Part shown: piece after piece, positions 50,800 through 60,585 of the stretch | Position numbering within the stretch: position 1 is the first letter of the stretch | Layout of the letters: each line of letters starts with the position of its first letter | Assembly (NCBI GenBank): GCA_965277405.1 | Contig: OZ255726.1 | Location: 1,024,001 to 1,088,000 of the forward strand | From: Gammaproteobacteria bacterium | GTDB lineage: Bacteria > Pseudomonadota > Gammaproteobacteria > G965277405 | Direction: 5' to 3' | DNA length: 64,000 bases | Program-made: the position numbers and the translations under genes | Notes under the pieces: model-generated | What the model saw: only the letters and a program-made list of their open reading frames with translations | What the model was told of the DNA's origin: nothing | The model's database searches: none

Positions 50800-53380
50800 T
50801 GCCACGCACAGCCATGTTGTCATTACCGCCACTGAACGCCAAACTCGCTATCTTCGCAATCACTGGCATGCCTTTGTTGCCGCCCAAGGCGGCAGTGTTT
50901 CAGCACCCACAATCACCAGCTATACCACTTTTTGTCAAAGCGTTTGGCAGCAGGCGATAGCTGCTGGTGAGCAGCTCCCAGCGGTGCTACCTCGTCACGT
51001 TGAGCGTAGCCTTTGGTTGCAAACGTTCAACCAACGTTGGCTGGCAAACACAACAGAGATTGTTGAGATTCGCGGCAAGGAAATCAGCAGAATGTTGCTC
51101 GATACTATTGTTATTGCCAATCGGATGTTTCATGTATGGCAATTGCGCCATCACCACTATTCTACCGAATACGAGGTGTTTTATAACTGGCAACGAGCCT
51201 TCCAAAATGCAGCAACGTCGCTTGATGTGATTGACGCTGCAGCCATGCAAAGCAAACTTGCAAAACTTTGCCAATATTGCCCAGATGTTGACCAAGTTAT
51301 TTGGTACGGTTTTAACGAATTGACCACAGTGCAACAACAGCTTAAGCAGCGTTGGGATGGCGTAACCCACCAATCATGCCCATTTTGGCCAGCCCATACC
51401 CCACTAGCAAGCATTGCGTTGCAGCCTTGTGAAAACAACAGCGTGGAGCTAGAAAACGCAGCGCACTGGGCACAGCGTATGGTGCAGCAATACCCGTCTG
51501 CTAGTGTTGCGGTGATTTGCGATAGCCTCACCCAGCAATGGGATGCTTTGCATTATCAGTTTAGCAAGTGCTTTGATGCTGAATGCAATGCGTATGAACA
51601 ATGGAGTGCAGCCAAGCATGTGTTTGCGTTTTCTGCTGGAAAGCCACTAGCTCAACAGCCGCCAATCAGTATTGCGATAAGTTTGTTGCAACTCAATACT
51701 TCCAGCCGTTGCAGCGATATTACGCCACTATGGACGAGTCCGTACCTGCAACATTACTCCAGTTGGCAACGCCAGCGCCATCACGCAGTTAAGGAACTCA
51801 ACGCGCATGCGTGGGAAAATGCAGCGCAATGGTTGCGCAACAACAACAATAGTGATCCGTTGCTAGCAGCATTTTCTCAAGGAATATCGCAGACTAGCTT
51901 GGCAACGGCGCAACAAAACGCTGATGGGTGGATGCACTATATTAGCAAGACCCTAGCAATATTTGGATGGATGGATGGCGTGGTGGCAACAAGCCATGAA
52001 TACCAACAACTCGAACAATGGCACACAATGCTGGCGCAGCTGCGCGCGCTGAATGTGCTTGGTGATATTTCATGGGATGATTTTTTCCATCAATTTCTCG
52101 ATACCTGCAACACAACGATGTATCAACCAGAACGCCACGATGCGCAAATTTCTATTCTAGGGATGCGGGAGGCGCTCGGGTTGCAGTTTGATCACATGCT
52201 GATATTGACGATGCAAGACCATACATTCCCGCCACAGCCGGTCAGCAACCCATTTATTCCTGCCCATGAATTGCAGCGTGCTGTGGTAACCAATGGCAGT
52301 GTTGCTTCCTGTGTCCAAACAGCTGAGCAAATTCTTATTTCTCTGCGCAGCCAATGCCAACATATTGTTGCTAGCTATGTGACGAAAATTGATGAAATTC
52401 CGAGTAAACCAAGTCGCTTAATTGCTGAATACAACACAATAGCTGCAATCAAAGCTGCTGCGTATACACCAACAGAACACCCCCAACTATACACGAGCAT
52501 TGCTGATGATGTGCCGCCGCCGCAATCCAAACAACTTACGGGTGGAATTACCACAATTGAACTACAGGCCGCGTGCCATTTCAAAGGTTTTGCGCGTGGA
52601 AGATTGCGTTTGCAGCCACTGCGCCAACCGCAGGCAAGTATTGACGCCATGCATTTTGGGTCTTGGCTGCATGAGCTGATGCGGCAGATATGGCAGCAGT
52701 TGCAAACGAGTGCTGCATTAAAAATATGGAAAATTGACAAATTACAAGGGTTGGTTGCCAGCCATGCGCACGCCATTGTCGATAATAATACCATGGCACA
52801 GGTGCTGCTGACTCCCCCATTGCAACACGCTTTGATCAATTTATTGACTACAGCAGCCATGCAGGCGCTTACTATTGATCGACAACGCGTTGATTTTTCT
52901 GTTTTGCATAGTGAACACGTACAAGAAATAACGATTGCAGGTTTTACGTTTACCGTACGTATTGACCGTATCGATACCAATCAACAGCTGGATGACGGGC
53001 TGTACATCATTGATTACAAAACTGGCAACGCCAATATAGCAGAGTTGCTTGGACCGCGCATAGCCAAGCCGCAGCTGGCTGTATATTCATTCGTTGTTGC
53101 GAACCCCATTGCCTTGCTGTATTTTCGCGTCAATGCGGAAAGTGATCCGCGGTTTTCTAGCAAATATATCGGCTATGCCGCAGCAGAGGCGGCGCTACCA
53201 CTTAAGTCGCGTGGATTTGAAGTCAAAACATTCGACAAACATATAGCAGTGTCCACGATGCAACACGATATAATTTCTACAATTGAACACTTTCGTGCGG
53301 GCATGACAACTCGTAATCCGCGCACTGTACAACTGTGCACAACTTGTGACTATAGACTGGTGTGCCGGCTGCCGCAATGA
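50780..53380 (+). CDS. AddB-like DNA repair protein with C-terminal PD-(D/E)XK nuclease
   Basis: Degenerate helicase scaffold, FSAGKPLAQQP, nuclease motifs RIDRID...IIDYKTG, QLAVY, Fe-S cysteines (QAACHF; CTTCDYRLVC). Confidence 0.8.
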   Translation: MTPWLADATHSHVVITATERQTRYLRNHWHAFVAAQGGSVSAPTITSYTTFCQSVWQQAIAAGEQLPAVLPRHVERSLWLQTFNQRWLANTTEIVEIRGKEISRMLLDTIVIANRMFHVWQLRHHHYSTEYEVFYNWQRAFQNAATSLDVIDAAAMQSKLAKLCQYCPDVDQVIWYGFNELTTVQQQLKQRWDGVTHQSCPFWPAHTPLASIALQPCENNSVELENAAHWAQRMVQQYPSASVAVICDSLTQQWDALHYQFSKCFDAECNAYEQWSAAKHVFAFSAGKPLAQQPPISIAISLLQLNTSSRCSDITPLWTSPYLQHYSSWQRQRHHAVKELNAHAWENAAQWLRNNNNSDPLLAAFSQGISQTSLATAQQNADGWMHYISKTLAIFGWMDGVVATSHEYQQLEQWHTMLAQLRALNVLGDISWDDFFHQFLDTCNTTMYQPERHDAQISILGMREALGLQFDHMLILTMQDHTFPPQPVSNPFIPAHELQRAVVTNGSVASCVQTAEQILISLRSQCQHIVASYVTKIDEIPSKPSRLIAEYNTIAAIKAAAYTPTEHPQLYTSIADDVPPPQSKQLTGGITTIELQAACHFKGFARGRLRLQPLRQPQASIDAMHFGSWLHELMRQIWQQLQTSAALKIWKIDKLQGLVASHAHAIVDNNTMAQVLLTPPLQHALINLLTTAAMQALTIDRQRVDFSVLHSEHVQEITIAGFTFTVRIDRIDTNQQLDDGLYIIDYKTGNANIAELLGPRIAKPQLAVYSFVVANPIALLYFRVNAESDPRFSSKYIGYAAAEAALPLKSRGFEVKTFDKHIAVSTMQHDIISTIEHFRAGMTTRNPRTVQLCTTCDYRLVCRLPQ

Positions 53381-53405
53381 TTCGTGATAGTTGACGTTAC
53401 TTTAG

Positions 53406-53426
53406 GGAAGCTCTGATTAAGTCGCT
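53406..53426 (-). mobile_element. Isolated MITE right end
   Basis: TTAG followed by GGAAGCTCTGATTAAGTCGCT: perfect TIR plus 6 subterminal bases shared with 54343-54363. Confidence 0.85.
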
Positions 53427-53455
53427 ATTGTTTTATCTGTAAATGCTCGATACTT

Positions 53456-54307
53456 TCACTGCTGCGAAATTGCGTTGCTAACAGTAATAGCATCTGTGAG
53501 GGCGTGGGGGTCGTGGGTGCGGATAACGCGTGCGCCGTGCTGGACGGCATATAGCTCTGCCGCAAGTGTTGCGGCTTGGCGTTGATGTATCGGTCGGTTG
53601 GTGAGTGCGGCGAGGAGTGATTTTCGGGAAACACCAATCATAACTCCAGCTATTTCTGGATGGAGGGTCGCCAGCTTTGTTATCTGTTGCAGTAGCTTGA
53701 TGTTGTGATTTGGGCGTTTACCAAAACCGATGCCAGGATCAATCGTTATCCGTTGTGCTTCGATGCCCACGGCAATGCAGCGGATTATTGTCTGTTGCAA
53801 AAATGCGCAGACCTCGTTGACAACGTCGGTATATTGTGGCTCGTTTTGCATGGTTGGCGGGCTGCCTTGCATGTGCATCAAGCAAAGACCTGCTTTGTTG
53901 TTATGTCTGGCTATAATCTGTAGTGCGCTGTGTTTGGCAAGCGCACGGACATCATTAATGGCAATAACACCGGCATCAAGCGCGAGCTGGATGAGTTGTG
54001 GATTACTGGTATCTACTGACACGGGAATTGATTCTGCCAGCAATGCTTCGACAACTGGCATGACTCTGTCTATTTCTGCTGCACTGGCAACAGGCGAGGC
54101 GTTGGGTCGGGTGGATTCGCCGCCAACATCAATTATATCTGCACCGTGTAACGGTTGCACAGCATACATTGCACAGGCGTGATCGACGGCTTGGTTGAGC
54201 GAATTATATTTGCCGCCATCAGAAAATGAATCTGGTGTAACGTTGCAAATAGCTAGAATAGTTGGTGATGTTTTGAAGCGAATATCGCCACAATGCCATG
54301 TGTTCAT
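53456..54307 (-). CDS. folP: Dihydropteroate synthase
   Basis: NVTPDSFSDGG, IIDVGGESTRP, SVDTS, INDV, LMHMQG, DPGIGFGK, GVSRKS, IRTHD. Confidence 0.96.
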   Translation of the reverse strand: MNTWHCGDIRFKTSPTILAICNVTPDSFSDGGKYNSLNQAVDHACAMYAVQPLHGADIIDVGGESTRPNASPVASAAEIDRVMPVVEALLAESIPVSVDTSNPQLIQLALDAGVIAINDVRALAKHSALQIIARHNNKAGLCLMHMQGSPPTMQNEPQYTDVVNEVCAFLQQTIIRCIAVGIEAQRITIDPGIGFGKRPNHNIKLLQQITKLATLHPEIAGVMIGVSRKSLLAALTNRPIHQRQAATLAAELYAVQHGARVIRTHDPHALTDAITVSNAISQQ

Positions 54308-54324
54308 GTGCGCGTGCTGGTGTG

Positions 54325-54339
54325 TTAGTCAGAGCTTCC
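54325..54339 (-). mobile_element. Isolated MITE terminal inverted repeat
   Basis: TTAGTCAGAGCTTCC (14/15 to the TIR) followed by TTAG; inverted relative to 53406-53420. Confidence 0.8.
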
Positions 54340-54342
54340 TTA

Positions 54343-54628
54343 GTAACCTCTGATTAAGTCGCTGATGGAGCGAGTTTGCCTGCAATTGCTGATGATTGCA
54401 AGGCGCATCCCGCAGGCGCATGCCGTAGCATATACGCCAAGGGATGCAACACAGCAAGCGCAGCAATTGCAGCAAACCGTTATATATTCAACAGAAGGAC
54501 GGGAAAAAACGCTGCGCTAACGTCGTTGCAGCACTTGATAATACTACCAGTATTATCTGCGCACTGCGTCTAGTTATCATCAGCGTTTTTTCTCCGTCTC
54601 GCCCATCATGGACTTAATCAGAGCTTCC
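54343..54628 (-). mobile_element. Near-intact MITE copy (reverse orientation)
   Basis: Highly similar reverse complement of 32795-33091; ends GTAACCTCTGATTAA and TTAATCAGAGCTTCC; flanking TTAG 54629-54632 contains the aroB stop codon. Confidence 0.92.
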
Positions 54629-55705
54629 TTAGGCGGATGCGTGGGTATGTTGTGCTAAAAATTGTTGCAAGCTAGCTGGTTCATCAATGGTTACAACTTG
54701 GGCATCACCAATTTGTTTGAGGAGAATCAACCGAATGCTGCCAGATCGGCTTTTCTTATCGCGATACATTGCATGCAACATTGTCGGCGCATCAATGCCA
54801 ATAGGCAGCACTGTAGGAATATCAAACAGCTCGAGGGTGGCAATGACGCGGGCAACATCATGCGCTCCAATATATCCAAGCATTTGTGAATACTTTGCCG
54901 CGAGCACCATGCCAATGCCAATAGCATGGCCATGGAGTAATTTGTATTCGCTCCACAGTTCAATTGCATGCCCAAATGTGTGACCAAAATTTAGCAGGGC
55001 GCGCACGCCTGTTTCTGTTTCATCTTTAGCAACAATGTCGGCTTTCATGCTACAGCACGTGGCAATCATCTGCGCCAATATATCTGGTTGCTTAGCAGTA
55101 ATTGCGGCGCAGTTATCGGTCAGCCATTGCAAAAAATCGCTGCTGCCGAGTAAGGCATATTTTACAACTTCTGCCATTCCTGAAATCCACTGATTGTCAG
55201 GAAGCGTTGCGAGGGTGTTGGTGTTAATGGTAACAAGTTTTGGTTGGTTAAACACCCCGAACATATTCTTGCCGAAAGCACTGTTTACCGCTGTTTTACC
55301 GCCGACAGCAGAGTCAACCTGTGCGAGTAACGACGTAGGCATTTGGATATAATCGATGCCACGTTGATATACTGCGGCACAAAAGCCTGCAATATCGCCG
55401 ACGACTCCACCACCTAGCGCAATGACAATCGCGCTGCGATCAACCGTGTGCTGCAACATGAAATCACCAATATTTTCGAGGTATTGGAATGACTTTGTGG
55501 TCTCGCCAGATGGCAGCGTGTATTGCAGCGCGTGAGGGCATCTAGCGATGATGTCTTGTGCGTATAAAGGAGCAACGTTAGTATCGCTAACAAGCACGAC
55601 TTGTCGGTCTTGGGTGAGTTGTGCCAGCGCAGGGGCATCCCAAGCATGCTCGCCTATGTGGATTGGATAGCAGCGCGTGCCTAAATCAACCGTTACTGTG
55701 CGCAT
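54629..55705 (-). CDS. aroB: 3-dehydroquinate synthase
   Basis: ALGGGVVGD, PTSLLAQVDSAVGGKT, AEVVKY, LLNFGHTFGHAIE, LHGHAI, DKK. Confidence 0.97.
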   Translation of the reverse strand: MRTVTVDLGTRCYPIHIGEHAWDAPALAQLTQDRQVVLVSDTNVAPLYAQDIIARCPHALQYTLPSGETTKSFQYLENIGDFMLQHTVDRSAIVIALGGGVVGDIAGFCAAVYQRGIDYIQMPTSLLAQVDSAVGGKTAVNSAFGKNMFGVFNQPKLVTINTNTLATLPDNQWISGMAEVVKYALLGSSDFLQWLTDNCAAITAKQPDILAQMIATCCSMKADIVAKDETETGVRALLNFGHTFGHAIELWSEYKLLHGHAIGIGMVLAAKYSQMLGYIGAHDVARVIATLELFDIPTVLPIGIDAPTMLHAMYRDKKSRSGSIRLILLKQIGDAQVVTIDEPASLQQFLAQHTHASA

Positions 55706-56226
55706 GCAAGGTGGAGTTGCTGGATGATACGAGATGCTGCATGCAGAGGCGTTACGTTCGTTTGCACGAGTTGCCGCGCGAGTGAGCGATACAGCGGGTC
55801 ACGCTCGGCATACATTTGTTGATATGTTTGCCGCGGATTACTGTTTTGCAGCAGTGGGCGGTTTTGGCAATGTTGAATCCGTGCGAACAATACCTGGCAA
55901 TAATCCCAAACATACACCACACGCGGTTGGTTTTGCAGCAGCAATTGGTTGGCGTGAAGTAACGGGGCACCCCCGCCTGTTGCAATAACACAATGCTCAA
56001 TTGTGAGGAGTTCTTGTAAGTACATGTGTTCATATTTTCGAAAACATTGCTCACCTGCTTGGGAAAAAATCGAAGAAACATCGATGCCAAGTTGCTGTTC
56101 AATATAGGCGTCGCAATCATAAAAATCAACGTCAAGCTGTTCGGCAAGTAGTTTGCCAATTGTGGTTTTCCCTGCCCCCATCATCCCGATGAGAACAATC
56201 GGGATGACGCAGGTATCTGCTGTCAT
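55693..56226 (-). CDS. aroK: Shikimate kinase
   Basis: LIGMMGAGKTTIG, GEQCFR, IATGGG, RPLL, ERDPLY. Confidence 0.96.
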   Translation of the reverse strand: MTADTCVIPIVLIGMMGAGKTTIGKLLAEQLDVDFYDCDAYIEQQLGIDVSSIFSQAGEQCFRKYEHMYLQELLTIEHCVIATGGGAPLLHANQLLLQNQPRVVYVWDYCQVLFARIQHCQNRPLLQNSNPRQTYQQMYAERDPLYRSLARQLVQTNVTPLHAASRIIQQLHLACAQ

Positions 56227-57173
56227 GAACTAGTTGTCTTGGTGCGTATTTCGCGCAGTCGCTGTGTTAAATATTCGCCCGCAGTCATGTTAGAAAATTG
56301 CTTGGGCCTTGTAGCTGTGATGAAGGCATCAAGGCTGCGCAAGTCCATCGACGCAATTGGGTGGAAAAAAAATGGTAATGAATATCTTGAAGTATGCCAG
56401 AGACGACGCGGTGGGTTGATGACGCGGTGAGTCGTAGAAGGCAAATACCCATTGGTCAAGCGTTGCAGCATATCGCCAACATTGACGATGAGATATCCAC
56501 TTGGTGTGTCGATGTCATACCAAGCACCTGTAGTATCACATACTTGCAGCCCAGTTGCTGATGCTCCTACGAGCAACGTGATGAGATTTATATCTTCATG
56601 CGCAGCAGCGCGAATAGCATCTTGTGGCTCGCTGGTAATCGGTGGGTAGTGGATGGCGCGCAGCAGGCTTAGCCCTGCGGTAATAAATTGAGAAAAATAC
56701 TGCTGCGGCAGTTTTAAAAACAGCGCTGTTGCCTCCATGAGTGCAATAGCCGTCTGTTCCAAAGCTACAAATGTTCGTTGTAAAGTTGAGGTAAATGCAG
56801 GAAGTTCTGCAACGTTTATATTGGATAAAGTGCTGGTGTCGGTTGCACGACCATGATGCCAAAATTCTTTAATATCTGCTACCGTGCCGCCTTTTGCTTG
56901 TTCTGACCATAGGCGGTTATAGCCGCGTTGACCGGCAATATCTGGAATCGCATACTGTTCTTTGATATCATCTGCCAATGCAAAAAACTGTTGTATTTGT
57001 GCATGTACCTCGTGCTGTAGCTGCTCGCTTAGGCTGCCGCCTTTAATTGCAGCAAAGCCGATATTGACAAATGAGTCACCGATTTCCTGCACAAATTCAG
57101 CGCGTTTTGTAGCATTGCCGCAGATAAAGTCATCAAGATTGACTGCAGCAATAGGTAATGTAGATTCAGACAT
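56223..57173 (-). CDS. 2-oxoglutarate/Fe(II) oxygenase, isopenicillin N synthase-like family
   Basis: GQRGY, LLRAIHYPP, RAAAHEDINLITLL (HxD), NVGDMLQRLTNG..PSTTHRV, RYSLPFF. Confidence 0.9.
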   Translation of the reverse strand: MSESTLPIAAVNLDDFICGNATKRAEFVQEIGDSFVNIGFAAIKGGSLSEQLQHEVHAQIQQFFALADDIKEQYAIPDIAGQRGYNRLWSEQAKGGTVADIKEFWHHGRATDTSTLSNINVAELPAFTSTLQRTFVALEQTAIALMEATALFLKLPQQYFSQFITAGLSLLRAIHYPPITSEPQDAIRAAAHEDINLITLLVGASATGLQVCDTTGAWYDIDTPSGYLIVNVGDMLQRLTNGYLPSTTHRVINPPRRLWHTSRYSLPFFFHPIASMDLRSLDAFITATRPKQFSNMTAGEYLTQRLREIRTKTTSS

Positions 57174-57229
57174 GCGGTGCAGTATAAAACACAATATGAA
57201 TTAGATAAGCTTAAAACCGAATAAATAAA

Positions 57230-57420
57230 GCTATTGCGCTTGATTGCAACCTTGCTGTGGTAAATGTGCTATGCGTGTCTTGTATGTTTTCGCATTACGG
57301 TAATGCGCGGGCTGCTTTAACAAAATATTTGCAGCAACTTGGCGTTGCGAATATCGTCAAAAAATAAAAAACGCTGCGTTAGCAGTTGAAACCCGTGGCA
57401 TGTTAGTCTACGGTTATTTG
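57230..57420 (-). mobile_element. Decayed internal MITE remnant
   Basis: TGATTGCAA (57241), TTGCAGCAA (57329) and AAAAACGCTGCG (~57367) occur in the same order and similar spacing as in 54343-54628; ends not recognisable. Confidence 0.55.
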
Positions 57421-57456
57421 CTTATTCAGCACATTAACTCAAACGCTGGCGCGTGT

Positions 57457-57882
57457 TCATCCACCCATTTGTGAATCCATCGCCGCGCTATCTACAACAA
57501 AATTTTCGCCAGAATGGCGTATATAAAAACAATGTGGACGCCCAGTATGGCAGGCCCCACCCGTTTGTAAAACTAAGCAAAGGATGGTATCGCCATCGCA
57601 GTCAATGCGCAATTCCTTGAGATGTTGATGGTGACCGCTGGTTTCTCCCTTACACCAGAGTTTGTTGCGCGAGCGTGAGAAATAGGTGATTCTTCCCGTA
57701 TCGATCGTGGTCGTTAACGCATGTTTGTTCATCCATGCCAGCATTAAAACTTGCATGGTGGAAGCATCTTGGGCAATGACAGGAATCAAGCCAGCGCTAT
57801 TCCATTTGATTGCGGATATAACATCTGCTTGCGCCAATGCTGTGTATTCTGCCGCTTGCTCAAATTCCAAGAATGTAGCCAT
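57457..57882 (-). CDS. hisI: Phosphoribosyl-AMP cyclohydrolase
   Basis: [45 protein letters not shown]. Confidence 0.95.
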   Translation of the reverse strand: MATFLEFEQAAEYTALAQADVISAIKWNSAGLIPVIAQDASTMQVLMLAWMNKHALTTTIDTGRITYFSRSRNKLWCKGETSGHHQHLKELRIDCDGDTILCLVLQTGGACHTGRPHCFYIRHSGENFVVDSAAMDSQMGG

Positions 57883-59393
57883 TATTGTAGAAACAAGGTG
57901 TATGCAGCATTGCGGGTTTCTTCGATGTATTTGTACCCAGTTGTGTTGAGTATGGTGCTAAATTCTTGTTTGCTGATATTACTGGTATCAAAACCCATCA
58001 AAATCTGACTAAAAGCGGCACCGTGGTTGCGGTAGTGAAACATGGTGATGTTGACCTTGCTGGTGCTAATTACTGATAAAAAATTAACAAGTGCGCTCGG
58101 GCGTTCAGGAAATTCAAAATGGTAGACTGATTCTTGTTGAATATACTCAGGCTTGCGACCACCAATCATGTAACGCAAATGGGTTTTTGCCAAGTCATTA
58201 TCGGTTAGATTGGTGACGGCATATCCTTGTTGCTGTAATGCATCAATCAACTCGTCTATGCTTTCTGTAACGCGAACCCCAATAAAAATTTCTGCTTGTG
58301 TGTTGGATTGGTAGCGATAGTTGAACTCGGTGATATTGCGGTTATGCAAGGTTTTGCAAAATCTATTTAAGCTCCCCGCACTTTCTGGCAGTTGCACCGC
58401 CAACAATGCTTCTGATTTTTCACCGACTTCAGCGCGCTCGGCGATATAGCGCAACCGCAAGAAATTGGTATTTGCGCCGCTACTTATGCCAAATAACTGT
58501 TCGCCTGTTACTCCACGCTGGGTAATATATTTTTTAATCCCCGCAACTGCTAATGCACCTGAAGGCTCACTAGTGATGCGTAAATCGTCGAACATATCGT
58601 TCACGGCAGCGCATATTTCATCAACAGACACGGTAATGACTTCATCGACAAATTTTTTGCAAAGCGCAAATGGATGTTTGCCAACTTGTTTTACCGCCAC
58701 ACCATCAGCGAATAGACCTACTTGCTTGAGGGTGACACGGCGACCTGCAGCAAGTGCTTGTTGCATACTGTTGGCATCTTCTGGTTCTACGCCGATCACT
58801 CGAATATTTGGATTGATTTGTTTGACGACGACTGCGATTCCTGCCAACAACCCGCCGCCACCCACAGGCACAAAAATGGCATCAATTGTATTCCCGTGTG
58901 AGCGCAGTAGTTCCAGACCAACGGTGGCTTGACCTGCAATAACATCAGGATCGTCGAATGGCGGGATATATACATTATTATTCTTTTTGACAATCGACTG
59001 CGCGTAAGTAAACGCTTGGTCAAAGTCATCACCATGCTGCACGATATGTCCGCCAAGTGCGCGTACAGAACGCACCTTGGTGTCTGGAGTTGTTTTTGGC
59101 ATCACTATTGTTGCTTTAATACCAAAATGTTTGGCTGCATATGCGACACCTTGGGCGTGGTTGCCTGCTGATGCGGTTACAATACCGCGGGCATGTTCTG
59201 CAGCAGAGAGTTGCGCTATTTTGTTATACGCGCCGCGAATTTTGAAGCAGAAAATAGGCTGCATGTCTTCGCGTTTTAAATAAATAGCATTCTCAAATTT
59301 TTTTGAGAGGTGGGGCATTGGGTGGACAGGTGTTTCGTGCGCGACATCATATACTCGAGAAAGAAGCGCTTTTTTTACGTAATCGTACGACAT
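57882..59393 (-). CDS. ilvA: Threonine dehydratase, biosynthetic
   Basis: [55 protein letters not shown]; start set at MSYDYVK to avoid overlap with rpiA. Confidence 0.97.
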   Translation of the reverse strand: MSYDYVKKALLSRVYDVAHETPVHPMPHLSKKFENAIYLKREDMQPIFCFKIRGAYNKIAQLSAAEHARGIVTASAGNHAQGVAYAAKHFGIKATIVMPKTTPDTKVRSVRALGGHIVQHGDDFDQAFTYAQSIVKKNNNVYIPPFDDPDVIAGQATVGLELLRSHGNTIDAIFVPVGGGGLLAGIAVVVKQINPNIRVIGVEPEDANSMQQALAAGRRVTLKQVGLFADGVAVKQVGKHPFALCKKFVDEVITVSVDEICAAVNDMFDDLRITSEPSGALAVAGIKKYITQRGVTGEQLFGISSGANTNFLRLRYIAERAEVGEKSEALLAVQLPESAGSLNRFCKTLHNRNITEFNYRYQSNTQAEIFIGVRVTESIDELIDALQQQGYAVTNLTDNDLAKTHLRYMIGGRKPEYIQQESVYHFEFPERPSALVNFLSVISTSKVNITMFHYRNHGAAFSQILMGFDTSNISKQEFSTILNTTGYKYIEETRNAAYTLFLQ

Positions 59394-59440
59394 GTAAATG
59401 CAGATATGTAAGAGTATGGAAAATACTGAACGAATGAAAT

Positions 59441-60142
59441 ATGAATGAGCAACATAAGCAAAAAATGCTAGCCGCACAAGTAGCGATTGCATATCTTCAA
59501 AATCAACTTGCAGCCAAGCCGCTTGTCATAGGAGTTGGCACTGGGTCAACAGTTGGGTGTTTTATCGAACAACTCCAACCATTTGCAGCATCAATTGAGA
59601 GTATTGTTGCAAGCTCTGAACATAGTAAACAGCAATTACGCAAATACGGATTTGCTCCTGTTTCGCTGAACCAAGTCAGTAACATTGACTGTTATATTGA
59701 TGGCGCGGATGAGATAAATACTCATGGGCAGATGATAAAAGGCGGTGGTGGTGCATTGACGGGAGAAAAGCTATTGGCAAGCATGTGCCAGCAGTTTATT
59801 TGTATGGTTGATCAGTCAAAAGTTGTGCAAAACTTAGGGCAGTTTCCTGTTGCTGTTGAAGTGCTACAAGAGGCCAGAAGCATGGTTGCACGCAAATTAG
59901 TAGCTGAATTCAATGCCGACCCTATATACCGTCAAGGATTTATTAGTGATAATAACAATGTGATACTTGACGTCCATCATCTTGATTTAACTGATCCTAG
60001 CAACATAGAAATGCGTTTAAAAGCGATGACTGGTGTTGTAGAAAGCGGGATATTTTCTATATATCGTGCTGATACCACTTTTATCGCAACGCGTACTGGG
60101 ATAGAGCAGAAAACTTATACTGAAACACACAATGCAGATTGA
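59441..60142 (+). CDS. rpiA: Ribose-5-phosphate isomerase A
   Basis: [23 protein letters not shown]; divergent from ilvA. Confidence 0.96.
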   Translation: MNEQHKQKMLAAQVAIAYLQNQLAAKPLVIGVGTGSTVGCFIEQLQPFAASIESIVASSEHSKQQLRKYGFAPVSLNQVSNIDCYIDGADEINTHGQMIKGGGGALTGEKLLASMCQQFICMVDQSKVVQNLGQFPVAVEVLQEARSMVARKLVAEFNADPIYRQGFISDNNNVILDVHHLDLTDPSNIEMRLKAMTGVVESGIFSIYRADTTFIATRTGIEQKTYTETHNAD

Positions 60143-60584
60143 ATATCAAATTCTTGACCCGCGCATTGGCAATGAATTTCCAATCCCAACATACGCAACT
60201 GCTGGCGCTGCTGGTTTGGATTTAGTTGCCTGTATTGATACCCAGTTAATATTGCAACCCAATAGTAAGGCGGAGCTGGTGTCAAGCGGGATTGCCATTC
60301 ATATTAATAATGTGGCATATGCGGCAGTTATATTACCACGCTCAGGTCAAGGGCATACACGTGGTTTGGTATTAGGAAATGGTGTTGGTTTGATAGATTC
60401 TGACTACCAAGGCACATTATTTATTTCGTGTTGGAACAGAGGTCAGTCTATAGTAGCTATTCAACCAGGAGAACGCATTGCGCAATTAGTATTTATTGCG
60501 GTATGTCAAGCTGAACTCAGTAACGTCAACAGATTTACCCCAAGCATGCGAGCAGGTGGTGGGTTTGGTCATACAGGGGAGTAA
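60132..60584 (+). CDS. dut: dUTP diphosphatase
   Basis: [33 protein letters not shown]. Confidence 0.96.
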   Translation: MQIEYQILDPRIGNEFPIPTYATAGAAGLDLVACIDTQLILQPNSKAELVSSGIAIHINNVAYAAVILPRSGQGHTRGLVLGNGVGLIDSDYQGTLFISCWNRGQSIVAIQPGERIAQLVFIAVCQAELSNVNRFTPSMRAGGGFGHTGE

Positions 60585-60585
60585 C

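Noticed and set aside
52375-52980. 201-aa antisense ORF and the many other antisense ORFs inside housekeeping genes
   Set aside because: Shadow frames opposite well-supported genes, without motifs.
53456-54307. Calling this folP a sul resistance gene
   Set aside because: The motifs look like ordinary chromosomal DHPS (DPGIGFGK), and resistance cannot be inferred without phylogeny or assay.
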